This document shows, one piece after another, positions 37,830 to 51,869 of a stretch of 64,000 nt of DNA. Origin of the DNA: Narcine bancroftii (lineage: Eukaryota); the NCBI RefSeq assembly GCF_036971445.1, contig NC_091471.1, forward strand, positions 259,966,001 through 260,030,000, given 5' to 3'. Each line of letters begins with the position of its first letter. Within the stretch, counting starts at the first letter, position 1. The translations under genes and the position numbers were made by a program. The notes under the pieces were generated by a model. The model saw only the letters and a program-made list of their open reading frames with translations. It was not told the DNA's origin and did no database searches.

Positions 37830-38485
37830 TTTAAGAATAAGCAGGTAGATAGAGTAATAAAGAGAGCTTTTGCTTATTGTCCTTCATAAATCAAAGTATT
37901 GAGGCGAGGAGTTGGGATGTTCTGGTAAAGTTTTATGACATTGTTGAGGCCAAATTTGGAGAATTGTGAGCAGTTTTGGTCTTCTAACTCCAGGAAAGAT
38001 ATCAATAAGATTGAAATAGTGCAGAGAAGATTTACTAGGATGTTGCCTGGACTTCAGGAACTGAGATACGGGGAAAGGTTAAGCAGGTTCGGACTTTAAT
38101 CCTTGGAGTGTAGAAGAATGAGGAGACATTTGATAGAAGTGTTCAAAATTATGAGGGGGGTAGACAGAGAAAAAGTAAATTGGTTTTTTTTTCCCACTGA
38201 GGGCAAGAGAGATGCAAACCAGAGGATATGGGTTAAGGGTGCAAGAGGAAAAGTTTAGGGGAACTTCTTCAAACAGAGGCTAGTTTGAGTGTGGAACGAG
38301 CTGCCAGCTAAAGTGGTAAACTCAAAGCGGTCTCAATGTTAACATTTAAGAGGAATTTTGGACAGGTACATGGATGGGAGAGGTGTGGAGCGTTGTGGAC
38401 TGGGTGTAGGTCAGTGGGATTAGGCAAAAAAAAATTGGCACAGACTAGAAGGGCTGAAGGGTCTGTTTCTTTGATGTAATGTTCT
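37830..38485 (+). mobile_element. CR1 LINE 3' fragment
   Basis: GTGCAGAGAAGATTTACTAGGATGTTGCCTGG...GAAGAATGAGGAGACATTTGATAGA. Confidence 0.8.
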
Positions 38486-39279
38486 AAGAAATAGAAGCAG
38501 GAATTGCCAACATGCTGAACTATGCAGTCAAATCATTCCCTCATGCACATTCCCCACACCATCCCCTGTTCTCTTCTATCTTGGGGTTGTCCACCCAGCC
38601 GCCATCAGATTGCCCATCCACAGCTGTCCTCCACAGAGAAGGATAAAAGATCCACAATCTTCTTAGTGGATAACATTTTTCTGCATTTCAATCCCACATG
38701 TATCGTCCCAGATGTGAATTGTCTGTAATTAAACGAGATCCACAGATGTCATCTGAATGTCAGCATTCAGATAAAAACATTTTTTATTAGCTGTTTGTAT
38801 ATACAACATTTGTAACTAGAGAATGCTGCCATTGATCCAATCTGGCATATGCCAACACCCAGCGATTCCATGGACGCTATTCTATCTCTCTCATGCACAT
38901 ACCCATCAATTGCCCTTTAATTTCTTTTGACCATTTGCCCATGGTGAAGAACAATTCGCAATAACAAATTAATCTACCAATATATCTTTAGGACAGCTAT
39001 TGTTGATCCAATTAAACATGCAGGATGCAGAGACCTGAGTCTCTGGGAATATCTAACCTACTCTTGTTGAGGATCGTGTAAAAACAAAAAGAGTGGTGCA
39101 TTTTCCACCTGCTTACTGTGACCCTGAAATTTGAACATATCAATATTAGTGTAATACGATGACTGTTTTATTGTCTTATCATTTTTAGAAAGCATTGACA
39201 AGTGCTCCAACCCTAACCTTCCCTAACTTTTATACTTCGACATTTTTGAGTGTTTACCTTGGAGACAATAGTGCAATAA

Positions 39280-40250
39280 CATTCAGATTTATTGTCAGTG
39301 TATATACATGACATTACATATATCCCTGAGATTTTTCTGCGGGCGAAGCAGAATTGCCACTATTGGCGGAATAAAAAAAACTATACACAACATACACATA
39401 TAAACAAATAAAGAAAGGTAAACAAATTGACTGTGCAATACAGAGAGAGAAAAAAAAAATCAATAAAGTCCAAGAGTCCTTAAATGAGACCTTGATTGAA
39501 TTTGTCTTTTTTGAGGAGCCTGATGGTGGAGGGGCAGCAGCTGATCCTGAGCCTGGTGATGCGGGTCTTGTGGCACCAATACTTCTTTCTTGATGGCAGT
39601 AGTGAGAACAGAGCTGGTGCTAGGTGGTGTGGATCCTTGATGATTGCTGCTGCTCTCTGACAGCAGCATTCTCTGTAGATGTTCTCGGTGATGGAAAGGG
39701 TTTTTACCAGTGATGTCCTGGGTTGCGTCTACTACCTTTTAGAGGGCTTTATGCTCAGGGGTATTGGTGTCTCCATACACCAGACCATGAAGAAGCTGGT
39801 CAGCACTCTTTCCTCCACACCTCTGTGGAAATTTGCCAGGATTTCCAATGTCATTTCCAAATCTCCACAAACTCCTGAGGAAATAGAGACGCTGATGAGC
39901 TTTCTTCACCATGCCATTGGTGTGTTGGGACCAGGAAGGATTCTCTGAGATAGTGACTCTCAAGAACTTCAATTTTGCTCACCCTTCCCACCTCTGATTT
40001 CCCTCACTGTATCATATACCTCCAGCTTCCCTTTCCAGAAGGCAACATTCAGCTCCTTGGTCTTGGTGACATTGAGCAGCAAAGGATGTTATTGATGCAC
40101 CGTTCAGCTAAGCTTTCAATCTCCCTCCTGTACGCTGACTCGTTGCCCCTTTTGATACAACTCACAACCATGGCATCATCAGCAAAGTTGTAGATGGTGC
40201 TGTCAAACCAAGCCACACAGTCATAGGTGTATAGCGAGTAGAGCAGGGGG
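39280..40250 (-). mobile_element. Rex1/Babar-like LINE 3' fragment
   Basis: FLRVTISENPSWSQHTNGMVKKAHQRLYFLRSL; FADDA RT motif near 40175-40190. Confidence 0.85.
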
Positions 40251-40265
40251 TGCGAAGAAAGGGGC

Positions 40266-40501
40266 TGTAACTGTGGTGCATGTGTGGTTAATCTATGTTG
40301 AGCTGTCAGTCTCTCGCTGTCACATGGTCTGCTTTACTGACATTGCACGTGTATTATCTCCGCCACTAAAGACACTCCTCTTGAGTATAAATGTATATGC
40401 ACTCATTGTCTTACATTATTGTACCACTAGTTTTTGCTAATAAAAGGCATGATTACTGGTTAACTATACAGTCTTCATCTTCTTTATTAACTGGCACTTC
40501 A
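40266..40501 (+). mobile_element. Possible solo LTR
   Basis: TG...CA ends; internal TATAAA (~40386) and AATAAA (~40439) in LTR order; no TSD seen. Confidence 0.4.
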
Positions 40502-41029
40502 GTATGTCTAAAAAAAATTTAAATAAAATCAAACTCTACATACAGTACAAGGAGAACATCCCACTGCTAATCTTCAGATGGAAATTCACCGATGAAGCAG
40601 GCAGGACACTGCCCTGAAGATGATTGACCTCTAATAACCACAACCATCTTCTTGTGAGATATGACTTCAGTAGTTGGAAATATTTCCCCTTGTGGCCCAA
40701 TTTCTTCAGTTTTACTCAAGGGCAGTCACTCACCTTACCTTCAGAATGATCTTCAGTCCACAGATAAAGGCTCTGAGAAGGTCTGGAAGCAAGTGGTCCT
40801 TGCACATGGTACGTGCCACTTGATACCACTTTCAATGACATCTTCCACTACATTGCTACAATTGAGCTTTGGTATCAGTCAACCAGATAAGATTTGTCCT
40901 GCTTTTAACGAATGGGAGTGGAGTGAGAATATTGGCGCAGGATAGTATCTGATGTAAATCATAATCAAAACACCCACTTGGTGGACTCGGGCTCAAGAGA
41001 CGCTGGGGTGTAACCTCTTAGAATATAAA

Positions 41030-41250
41030 GTGAAAACAATGCTGGAGAAACTCAGCAGATTGAACAGTGTAAAGTAAGAACCTCAGGTATCTGCCTCCAT
41101 TTCACTCATACTTTGATTAAGGGCTCAAACCATAACATTGGTTCTATATATTTCTCTTTGCTCTATAACATGCACTGTTCGACCTGCTGAGTTTCTCCAT
41201 TATTGTGTTTTTACTTCAGTCATTGCATCTCTAGACTTCGTGTTACACTT
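41030..41250. mobile_element. Penelope-like palindromic fragment
   Basis: ACAATGCTGGAGAAACTCAGCAG / CTGCTGAGTTTCTCCATTATTGT. Confidence 0.65.
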
Positions 41251-42359
41251 CTTGGTACATAAGCATTTGTGACTTCTCATCCTTGCCATCACTATAGCAG
41301 TTCCACTTCCCTGCTCTTTCACAAGGCCTTTCAAATTATTACCACGTGTCTATTTAAATCCTTACTGAAGGGGCTCTTATTCTGTTCCCACCATCCCTCA
41401 AGTTGCAGATCATAATTACTCTGGTGTATATTAATTTTTCTTCTTGACAGTCTCCTTTTAGCATATTCTTGTGTTCCATGGGTCTGGAACCATCTGTTAA
41501 TTGGAACAGTTTCCAGCTACATTCCCAAAACCTGTTGTGATCTCAAACACCCCATCAAAACTCTTCAAATTTTTTGTTTCGACAATGCCAGCATGCCCAG
41601 ACACTTCAGCCTCCATTACCCAAGCATGCTTGTCCCTTCACTCAAGGACCTTCCAATATTTGACACAATATTTTAACTGTACCCTCACAATCCCCTGTAC
41701 AGGTTTGCATGCCAGTTTAAACCAGTGATTGTAGCTCCTGCAATGATCAGTATTGCATATTCATAGGTATGGGAAAGGGCTTGTTGTGGTAACTCAAGAC
41801 TTTTAATAATCAATTTTTATCTCAGTATTTACACAAGAACATAAATAGGAGCAGGCCATTCAGCCCATTGAGCCTGCCCTGCCATTCAATGACTGATTGA
41901 TAGGCTATCTCCACCTACCTGCCTTTTCCCCATATCTCTTAATTTCCCTTCATCTTAATTATATTCACTCTCACCTCTACTGCTTCAATGGGCAGTGAAT
42001 TCCATAGATTCACCACCCTTTGAGAAAAGCAGTTCCTCATCTCCATCCTAAATCACATACCAGTGGAATAAACCTACCTCTATCTTATCTATTCCTTTCA
42101 TAATTGTTTATACCCTCTCCCATTCACACTTTTCCAATGTCCCCACCCCCTTGCCCCAAGTGATCTCTGCCTCTCTCCACCTCTCCCACCTCGTTCAACG
42201 CCATGTCACATTGTGGCCCCTCATCCAGATTCCTTCCCCCCTTCCCAACATATGGTCCCGATCCAAAACACTGACTAACCATGGATGACCCAATGGGTTC
42301 ATAAAAGCAGGAGTTAGCCATTGCCTCTGTGTCCTAGTGTAGATCTCGGATGGCATAAT

Positions 42360-42725
42360 GACTTCAGATTTATTGTCACAGTACATAGATAACATCATAC
42401 AGCCCTTGAGATTTTCCTGCAGATGAGGCAGAATATCACTTGTTAGCAGTGAAAAAAATGTACACAATGTATACATGTAAGTATATAAAGAAACATAAAC
42501 AAACTGACTATGCAATACAGAGAAGAAGAAAAATTAATAAATTGCAAAAGTAGGAGACTTTAAATGGGCCCCTGTGTTTGCTGCTGAGGAGTATGAAGGG
42601 ATAGCAGTCATTTCTGGTGGTGCGAGTCTTGTGACACTTCTTTCCTGATGGCAGCAGCGAGAACAGAGCATGTACTGGGTGGTGTGGATCCTTGATCATT
42701 GCTGCTGCTCTCTGACGGCAGCACC
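42360..42725 (-). mobile_element. Rex1/Babar-like LINE 3' fragment
   Basis: CRQRAAAMIKDPHHPVHALFSLLPSGK. Confidence 0.8.
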
Positions 42726-44059
42726 AACTTGATTCCTGCTTGGCAATGTTGCCAAGGCACAGCTCCACTGACATCAGGTGCTTGGGGGAGGGGGGAAGCA
42801 ATGGCCTCAGAATATCAGCTCTTGAAACAGACAGAACAGCAAGAATAAAACAACTGCTTGTACAAGTACTACCTGACAAAATAGCATTCTCCAGTCCTCG
42901 GTGCAAAAACATGCGGACACACAACCGGACACAACACACATGACAAATAATACATAAAAAGGACAAGTATTTTATTTATAAAAATAAATAATTTTTGCTT
43001 TGTACAAATGAGTCTCAGATGGTTAGTGTGAGCAGTTCCTTTGGTCAATCAGCATTCTCGCTGCCCTTAGGAAGAAGCTGTTCCTCAGCTTACATCTACT
43101 TGAGTCAGTGGCTCAGGGCTGCTACGTCACTCTTAATTCCCCGAATTCCATCTACAGCCATGGTTGTGCAACTGCCAGTTAGACTGGGGATCTTAACATG
43201 AACAACATAATAGGTTTTCCCCCTCAGGCAGACATCATCCTGATTTTGCCACCTCAAGATTCCAGTCTCAAATCCTCAGGAACCCACAATGGCTCAACCA
43301 AACCCCCACCCCACGGTTTCAAAATGAGATCTGTAAGGCACATCAAAGCTCAATTCAATTCTCACTTGGAGATGCATGACCCACTACACTGCTAGCTAAA
43401 TCAGTAAAGTTGTCCCCAGTCCTGCATCAAAAATCAACCATTCCTCTAGTAGAAGTGGATGAGAAAAGAATCCTTCCTTCAGTTCATACCTCCATCCCAC
43501 CAATTATCCAAGGTTTAAAATAAATCAATTTTTTTTGTAGAAGATACTTAAAAGCTTCCACATCACATCTTTGGTAAAGCTTCTAAGTTTACAAATTGAC
43601 CAGCAAGACAATCCCAGAGTGTATTGTTTACCTATGATTATTAAAAAGATTGAAAAAAGTAAACAATCCCAGAGAGCAGGATTTGTTGGAGATCTGAGTG
43701 TGTCGGCTATCAGTGAAGGATAACCTTCAAACTCATAAGTCAGCCAACTTTCTGTCTGCACAACTGTTCGCAGGGTGATATTTTGAACATTGTATCAAAG
43801 TAGCAGTCAACCTGGTTGCAGCCACACTAGTCATCAGACATGTGGAGTAATGGCAAGGATCACAAGCATTGAGAAATTAAAGGGACCAAATAAATGCAAT
43901 TTTTAAAAAAATCCAATATCAAAGCCTGCCCTTCCTCCAGATTTTCCAACCAGAAGCAGAGTATCTTTTCCCAAACATCTAATTTCCAGTGAATTTAATT
44001 AAATTCTTTAATAACCTCCTCCTAATTCATCCAAATGCCATGCCAGCAAGTCTCTGATA

Positions 44060-44640
44060 CCCATAAGATGTTGTTTTGCCGTTTCAGTAGGCCATCAAGA
44101 AGACAAGTGGAACATTGGCCTTTATCGCTAGAGGGATTGAATTTAGGACCAGGTAGATAATGCTGCAACGGTACTGGTGAGGCACATCTGGAGTACAGCG
44201 TGCAGTTCTGGCAGACCAGAGGTTCTCCAGGTTGATTCAAGATATGAGGAGGGTTAGCCCGGGACTGTACATTCTGGAATTTAGATGAATGAGGAGAATC
44301 TTATAGAGATGTAAAATTATGAAAGGCATAGATAAGATAAAGGTAGGCAAATTGGTGGGGGAAGAGGACATAGCCTCAAGACTCAGGGTAAGATTTTTTT
44401 CCCCCAGGTAGTAGGATGGAGATGAGGAAAAGCTTTTCCCAGCCCACTGAAGAGCCAACCCCAGTAAGTATATTTAAGATAAAGTTGGATTTTTTTTTTT
44501 TTTTTTTTTTACAAAGTAGGGGAATTAAGGAATAGTTAAAATGTTAGGTAGTTGGAGATGAGCCTATCATCAGATCAGCCATGATCTCATTGAATGGCAA
44601 CGCAGGCTTGTCAGGCCAGATGGCCGACTCCTCTTATATC
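44060..44640 (+). mobile_element. CR1 LINE 3' fragment
   Basis: GGCACATCTGGAGTACAGCGTGCAGTTCTGG; same 3' UTR as the 25735-26305 copy. Confidence 0.75.
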
Positions 44641-47600
44641 CTACAGGATTAAAATAATCTTTTAGCTGTGCTGCTTGAAATCACTGTGATACAATATTAT
44701 AGCTTTGGCATCACATTTAAACCTTTGCATTTCATTGCTGGATTCATTCTATTACCATTTATTTCAGAGCAAGATTTTAATGGTCAATGTCCAGTCTCTT
44801 GTGACTTCTCTGCTGTTGTACACTAGCTCCAGAGTGAATGATCAAAATACATTTACTGTATATTCTACTATTTTTTTTCATTACCTCTGGTAAATTAATG
44901 CTACTACTGTTTCTGGGTCTTTGGAAGGCAAACTTGGCCTCTAGTGCTTGTTCAACAGTTGGCGACAATTTGCTGTAAAAATACATCCACTCCTGAGTAA
45001 GTGAAGTTGGGAGTTGCAGTTACATCCATCACCTGCAGTGGAGAGATTCATGGAACAGAAGCATGCTCCAGCCAATAGTGCTTTCAAACTGGAGAGGTTA
45101 TAAACAGCTTCAAAGTGACACAAACACCCACCATATCTTGAAAAGTTCTTTATTAGATTTAGAAACAAAGAAATAAAAAGACTTTAAACCAAACTCTGGA
45201 TCACTTCTGGCTCCTGTCAGTGAACACAGGTGAGAAGCAACTGTGACCCATGCTCTTGTAATGAGTTCTGCTGGCTCCAGAGACTGCAGTTGAGGGCAAG
45301 GAATGCGTGCACGCTCACGATGATCAGCAGCATTGGTATCTGCAAGCAAAAGGGAGACCACACAATAGGTTCCCTCCCACCACCATCCCCCCACCCCCCT
45401 GGAACACTTACTATGACCAGAGGCTACAAGCAAGACAATCCCAGAGAGTAGAATTTGTTGAAGATTCGAGTGTGTCGGCTATCAGTGAAGGATAACCTTC
45501 AAACTCATAAGTCAGCCAACCTTCTGTCTGCACAACTGTGCGCAGGGTGACATTTTGAATGTTATATCAAAGTCAGCCTGGCTGCAGCCACACTAGTCGT
45601 CAGACAAGTGGAGTAATGGCAAGGATCACGAACACTCTATCCTTAGAACTCTCCCCACCCATGGATGGGCTGCAGTCGGCAGCATCCAGCTAGCATGCTT
45701 ACTGACCAGGTGGGGGCCATGTGGAATTGCAGTCAGGGAATGGAATTTGCACACAGCAAGGGCCATTTCACATCAGGAAGACGGTCGACAAAATGGAGTT
45801 GACTCTCTTCCTATAATCACCCTCCCAGCATTCTGCCCATCTCTGACCCAACCACCTCGCCCTCAGGGAGTTTGAGCATGGAGCAAGTCTGAGGATTTAC
45901 AATGAGAAATTCACATATACACATGCCCTGCTCTCCAAGGGAGAGCTGATACCCCACATTGGGTTATTCTGTGCTGAAAACACAAGTGCTGCTCAAACGA
46001 CTTGGGGGGGGGGGGGGGGAAAATCACAGCCCAGTCAATCTCACACTCACAGGCTCCATCAATAAGGAACAAGTCTTTCATTCACTTGCTCACATTAGGA
46101 AGTTTATAATTTCCCACTCAATACCCAAGTACAGGACCACAAAGTTTATGTACCGCACTCTAACTGGAAAGCAAGTTCATCTGTAATAAAATGTCTTTAA
46201 CCATCTAGAGCAGGAGTGGCCAACCTTTTTTTTTAAATTTAGACATACTGCACTGTAACAGGCCATTTCGGCTCATGAGTCCGTGCCGCCCAATTAACCT
46301 ACACTCCCCCGGTACTTGACTCGTGGGCCAAAATGACCTGTTATTGTGCTCTATGACTAAATTAAAAATTAAAAGGTTGGCCAGCCTTGATCAAAACGTG
46401 AGAACTGCTTGTTCTGAGTGTTAAGCAGAAAAGACCACCCCACACAAAGTTTTTTGACTGCTTTTCTAGTCAAAGGGGTAACAGCGAGACTGTGGAGAGC
46501 AGGAACAATCCCCAACCACACCTTATTTCTCCCTTATTGTCACCACTTTGGACCAGAAATTCACTTCTGATAGGCTGTGCAACATCAATAGAAAATTAAT
46601 GTCACAGGTAGCAGACCTTTGGCCCATGTCCTGCTCAGCTTCATCCCAACTTCCAGCACTTTGTGTTGCCCTGCAAGTCAAGTACACATTCAAGTATCAA
46701 GTGCAATGCGAGGTGGAGACATAAATTGATTCAAGTTAATTTCAAGCAGTTTCTTCAAAAGGTAAATTGCAAAATAAAACTTGAATGTAAACGCTTTCAA
46801 GTCCCAACATAATCCCATCGTCATTCATTTCAGACTCATGACAGAAAGGCATCCCACTCCAGCAACCAGTGAAGTGGGGATTGCACCGATATGCAGACTG
46901 CCATTAACCCGAACTTTCAAATCAGCTGTCCAGAGCAGTGGACCCGAGTGGGGAGGGCAGGGGGAAAAAGGGACCAGAAGGCAGATGGCAGAACGAGCAA
47001 TTCTCTCAGGTTCATCTCTGAATGATGAATATTCCAACAGAATATTCGGGGGGTGGGGGGAAACAGACCGGGTGGCAAGGGTAGAAATATAGCCTCACAG
47101 TTTCCTGTACCCTGTTCACTCCTCAGGGAGATGACCACCAAGCCATCCAGTTGGAATCTCTGCTCAATAGTTTCATAAGCAATGTTATGTGTGGCAAGGT
47201 TGGGCAACCAGGTTAATGGAGCTAAGATCTACATTCCAATGGTGCTATTTCCACCTTGTCCCCATTACCCCAAAAAATGATGGGTAAGAAAGGGCTTGGC
47301 TATTAGCTAGAAAGTATCACCAGAGACAAATCTTTATCAGCATATTACATGGAGCAATGCCATACCACCCCATAAATGTTTCACCATCAGACTTTTGGAA
47401 AAAAAAACAATGACACAGCTTCAGAAACAAGGACAAGAATACAAGTACCCTCCCCCACACACATCCCCCTCACGGCCACAGGCTCACAGCAGGAAAAGTG
47501 TTTCTGGAAGAGCAGCATTGATGCGACTCAGGGCCCAGATACATTAACTGGGGGAGGGTTGGGCGAGCGTCGCAGCAGTGGGGTATCAGGGTCAGTTTCA

Positions 47601-47722
47601 GTCCCAGAGCCAGAGCAGCCACTGACCCTGGGAGGAGGGTTGGAGGGGGGGGGGGTGGGAGGGAAGGTGGGAAGAGGGTCAAGGTCAGGGGTCGGCCGGT
47701 TGCCCCCCCCTCCCGGCATTGG

Positions 47723-47939
47723 TCACGATTCCTCATTTCCTGAGTCGTCATCATCGTCGAAGAAATCTCCATCCCCATCTTCTTCGTCATCCATGTCGTC
47801 ATCATATAGATCATCGTACAGCAAGTCCAAGCTGTTGTCATGTGGCGGAGCTTTCGTCTTGACGCAGTACTCTGCCAGGGTGGTCGGTACCTTCACACCG
47901 TCCTTGTCTGCTTCTGCCTTGGTGGCCAAGACCTGTTTT
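47723..47939 (-). CDS. UBE2R2: UBE2R2/CDC34-family E2, exon 5 (acidic tail and stop)
   Basis: KQVLATKAEADKDGVKVPTTLAEYCVKTKAPPHDNSLDLLYDDLYDDD...DDSGNEES*; CTCAG acceptor; TGA at 47725-47723. Confidence 0.93.
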
Positions 47940-48309
47940 CTGAGGAAGACAGTTAAAAAAAATCCATTTCCCCATTTAGAGACAATACAGATCAAGAAAG
48001 CCTCGTTACAGCTCAAACGTCAACAAGGATTTGCAACACAGGAAGGCATCGAACTCAATGCTCTGTCCCACAGAAGACCTCCACACACCATTACAACCCA
48101 TCCCCATATCCTTTTTGCTGCTTTCTTGTCCCCATGTCTTTACCTCAACCATTTTTTAATGGCAGCAAGCTCAACATTCTCCCTGCTTACGAGATTCTCC
48201 AATTCAGAAGGAATCTGCTTCGGCCAACCTTGCTCACTCAGCGACTCCCACAGAGTGAACGCAAGACACCAACAAGAGAGAAACAAGTCTTCAGACGCTG
48301 TGATTGCAA

Positions 48310-48960
48310 TAAAGAGAAATGCTGGAGGAACTCAGCAGGTCTCACAGCGTCATTAGGAGGCAAAGATAATTTAACCAATGGTTCAGATCCAAGCCCTTCA
48401 AGGTATGAGCAAAAGGCTGGGAGGGGGAGAAGGAAGAGCAAGGGGAGTGTGGGTAAGAGAGAGAACAGACAAAAAGCAATAATTGGATATGGATGATGGA
48501 TAGGGGACAGGAGAGGAAATAATTGATTGGGGGAGGGAGTGGCTCTGAATTCAGGGCTGGAGGACAGGAGACAGAGGGAAAGGGAAGGGCACAAAGAGCT
48601 ATGGGGAGAAACCAGGATAGGGGAAGGGTAGGGGGCTGATGGTAACTGGAGAAATCGATGTTAATGCCATTAGGTTGGAGGGTGCCCAGAGGGTGCTGTT
48701 CCTCCAATTTGCTGGTGGTCTCAGTCTAGCAGTGCATGAGACCAAGGACAGACATGTCAGGAAGGGAATGGGATGGGGAACTGACATGGGTGGCCACTGG
48801 GAGATCCACGCTATTACAGCGGGGAGAGCTGAGGTGCCTAACGAAGTGATCTTCCAGCCAGCGTTCTGTCACTTTGATGTAGAGGAGACCACAAAAGGAG
48901 CACTGGATGCAGGGCTGGATGCCACCTGCAGATTCACAAGTGAAGTGTTGCTTCACTTTT
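48310..48960 (-). mobile_element. Penelope-like element, GIY-YIG endonuclease remnant and 3' terminus
   Basis: VKQHFTCES...CIQCSFCGLLYI..TER.L.DHF..HL...PVATH...; EEQH..LGTLQPNGINIDFS. Confidence 0.8.
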
Positions 48961-49613
48961 GATTCAAAATTAAAGATTTTATTGTCATGTAATAAAACAG
49001 AAAATGTGATATTACACAAAATTTCCTTTAGTCCACCGCAAGGCAACACAAAACTTTGTTATCAGCAGTAATTCCCCAGTGGCCCTTTCCGCCACTGACG
49101 TGATCCCTTCACCAGACATCTCTTCTCCACGACTCCCTTGTCCTCCCTTCCCACCAATCGCCCCCTTGACGCCTATCCCTGTGATCGCAAGAAATGCTAA
49201 TCTAGCACCCACACCTCTCTCACCACGTCAGTTACACACATTTACCTTGCAAGAGCACCATGAGAGCCCACGTTTCTCCAACATTTACTGTGTTCTTATA
49301 AGACACCAACAGATCAGGGCAGTGCTCTCATTTGGTATCAACTCACACACCATCCCGTTTCATCAACTACACAATTCTTTTTGGAGTGATTAACCACAGA
49401 GACCATTTGAATATTGAGTAATCGTGGCAGCACTCCACAGAGAAATCCAGTCAATCTCTATCATTTAGGCCTGCAAACTTCCTCTTCTCAACTGCCAGTC
49501 CAATTTAGTTTTGAAATGAATGTGCACTCCTACTTTCCCTGTAAGCTGCGAGTTCCAGGTCATTACTTCTCAGTGCATCTAGTTCTTCCCCTGTATAGCA
49601 CATCTGCTTTTGT

Positions 49614-49824
49614 GCAACCATTCTCAACAGGAGCCACAGCACATGGTGGGGTGGGGAAGAAGGAGGCATGGACTGAAATCATAAAATATTTTAATTTTTT
49701 TTAATGTAGTCAGTAGGAGAGAAGTACAGAAAAAAAAACTAAACTTGACTGCTTCACAGGGAAGGGAGCCCATAAACGTGAGCAGAGTCCTGCGGGGGCA
49801 TCATAAAAGGTCGAGAATGGCTGC
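49614..49824. mobile_element. hAT-like MITE
   Basis: GCAACCATTCTCAAC ... GTCGAGAATGGCTGC inverted termini; related sequence begins at ~51727. Confidence 0.5.
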
Positions 49825-50899
49825 TCAAGGTACAAAAACCAAGATGTCACATTTCATCTTCAAAGATCTACACACATAAATCCACATCTTAAATCTTGAA
49901 CACTTTTCTCCAGACTTTGTGCACCAATTTTGAGGTTAAATTCCATTAGCAATTGTCTGCCAATTCTGCCAGCTTAAATCCCGTTGCAATCAATTGACAT
50001 CAGTTTGCTGAACTTTAAAATTTAGTATTGGTAATTTTTTAAAAAAGAAACTGTTATTTGATCTTCTGCAATAAAAATGTTTTTTTTTAAAAAAAAGCAG
50101 ATGACCTCACTCCCTTGAAGAACCCTATTCTTTGCCAGGTTTGAGGAATGTCAACACTCATTCACCATTACCCATTGTTCTATGTCCATAAGCCAATAAA
50201 TGTTCCTAAATATCCACAGCATTCCCACATCATCCATCCAAGTTACTACATTAAAAGGTTCAGTTGGGTCAAACAACCTGCCATTTGCAAACCAGTCCTG
50301 GCTCTCATCAATACACTCAAGCCTCTCAGCAAGAATACGAGGTTCCACCGCAACCCCTCCCCCTTACCACACATACTATAGATCAATGGTATCAAGTTGT
50401 CTCGCCTAGGATTACTAGGAATGTCCTTGTGCCTTACATGTGCCATTTTGCAATCTTCTGGTGCATTGCACATAGTGTCATCCTCCCTTCTGCTGTTTTC
50501 ATTCCCTTCAGAAAACTGGGATGCATCCAACACCCACTTCCAACACCTATCCAACACCCACTTCAGGAAGCTTCCAACACCCACTTCAAGCACAAGCAGG
50601 GTGCATGAGAAAGTCTGTACTCCCTCTTCCCATACACCAAAACTTTATCTTACCAGGGTTTCCCACCTTCTGTCTTTATTATATCAATGTGTTAAAACTA
50701 ACAAAAACAGGTTTTTGTATTAATTGGAATATCTTGGGTCCAAAGCCAGCCAGTGCCAAGGGGACCAGTTTGACTGAACTGTCAGCAACAATTTCCACTT
50801 TGACTATGAACCACTGTTCTCTCACCTACTCCACCATTTGACAAGATCATGATTGATCTAATTGTGACCCCCCAGCCCCCCCATCCCAAATTTGCATAC

Positions 50900-51345
50900 T
50901 CCTAATGTTTCAACCTCCACCACCACCCCAAGGCATTCCAGGCACCCACAAATTGGTGTGTAAAATAAAACTTACCCTAAAGTCTCCTTTAAACTTTCCT
51001 CCCTTCACTTTGTACAGTTGTCCTCTGGTGTTTGTTACTCCTGCCCTGGGAAAAGGGTGCTGAATGCTTACCTTATCTATGCCTCTCAGAACCTATTAAG
51101 TCACCTCTCATCCTTCTTTCTTCCAGAGAGAAGAGTGCCAGCTCTGCTACATCTGCCTCTTAAGACTTATTTTCCAATTCAGGCAACATCCTCGTAAATC
51201 TCCTCTGCACCCTCTCCAAAGTTTCCACATCCTTCCGATAATGAGGTGACCAGAGCTGAACACAATAAGTGTGGTCTCACCAGAGATTTATAGAGTTGCC
51301 ACATGACCTCCCGACTCCTGAACTTAATCCTCCGACTAATGAAGC
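50900..51345 (-). mobile_element. CR1 LINE 3' fragment
   Basis: GGCAACATCCTCGTAAATCTCCTCTGCACCCTCTCC...GTGGTCTCACC. Confidence 0.8.
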
Positions 51346-51869
51346 CTATCTTTAGCATCTCCAGTGTCCATCATTAGTAAACACTGACACAAAGCACTCA
51401 GAAGCATACTTGCGCTGCATCTTTAGGCACTCCCTCTCAACACTTCAACATTCAATTCAAAAAGTGTTCAACAAAAAAAATTGGGTTTTGTTTTTCCTGA
51501 ACTATTTATTCTTGTATTTTCTTTCCCAGGATTATTTCACTCTGGCTCTCTCACCTGACATACACCTTATTCTGCCTTATTATTCATCCTCTTATCATCC
51601 AAGAAGAGTCCTGGGCTCTGGTTCATCAATACTTCATTTTGTTTAATGTTTTTCTATCTATCAATAATATTGTGGCCAGGTCCCCTCTCATGTTAGTCCT
51701 CTTCCAATTTAGAAATCTTACACTAGACCAGCCATTCTCAACTTTTTTTTTGGCTGTGGCCCCCCCTCAGGGCTCTGCTCAAAGTTTATGGGGCCCCTTC
51801 CCTGTGAAGCGATCAAGTTTTGATTTCTTCTGTACTTCTTCCCGACCTAAAAAAAACATTTTAAATTTA

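Noticed and set aside
47376-48356. 326 aa plus-strand ORF
   Set aside because: Antisense shadow of UBE2R exon 5 and its GC-rich 3' UTR, ending in a Penelope fragment; no recognisable domain
50100-50620. Overlapping short ORFs and a 3x CCAACACCCACTTC-like repeat in UBE2R intron 4
   Set aside because: No recognisable protein motif or in-phase splice sites; the repeat is too short to interpret
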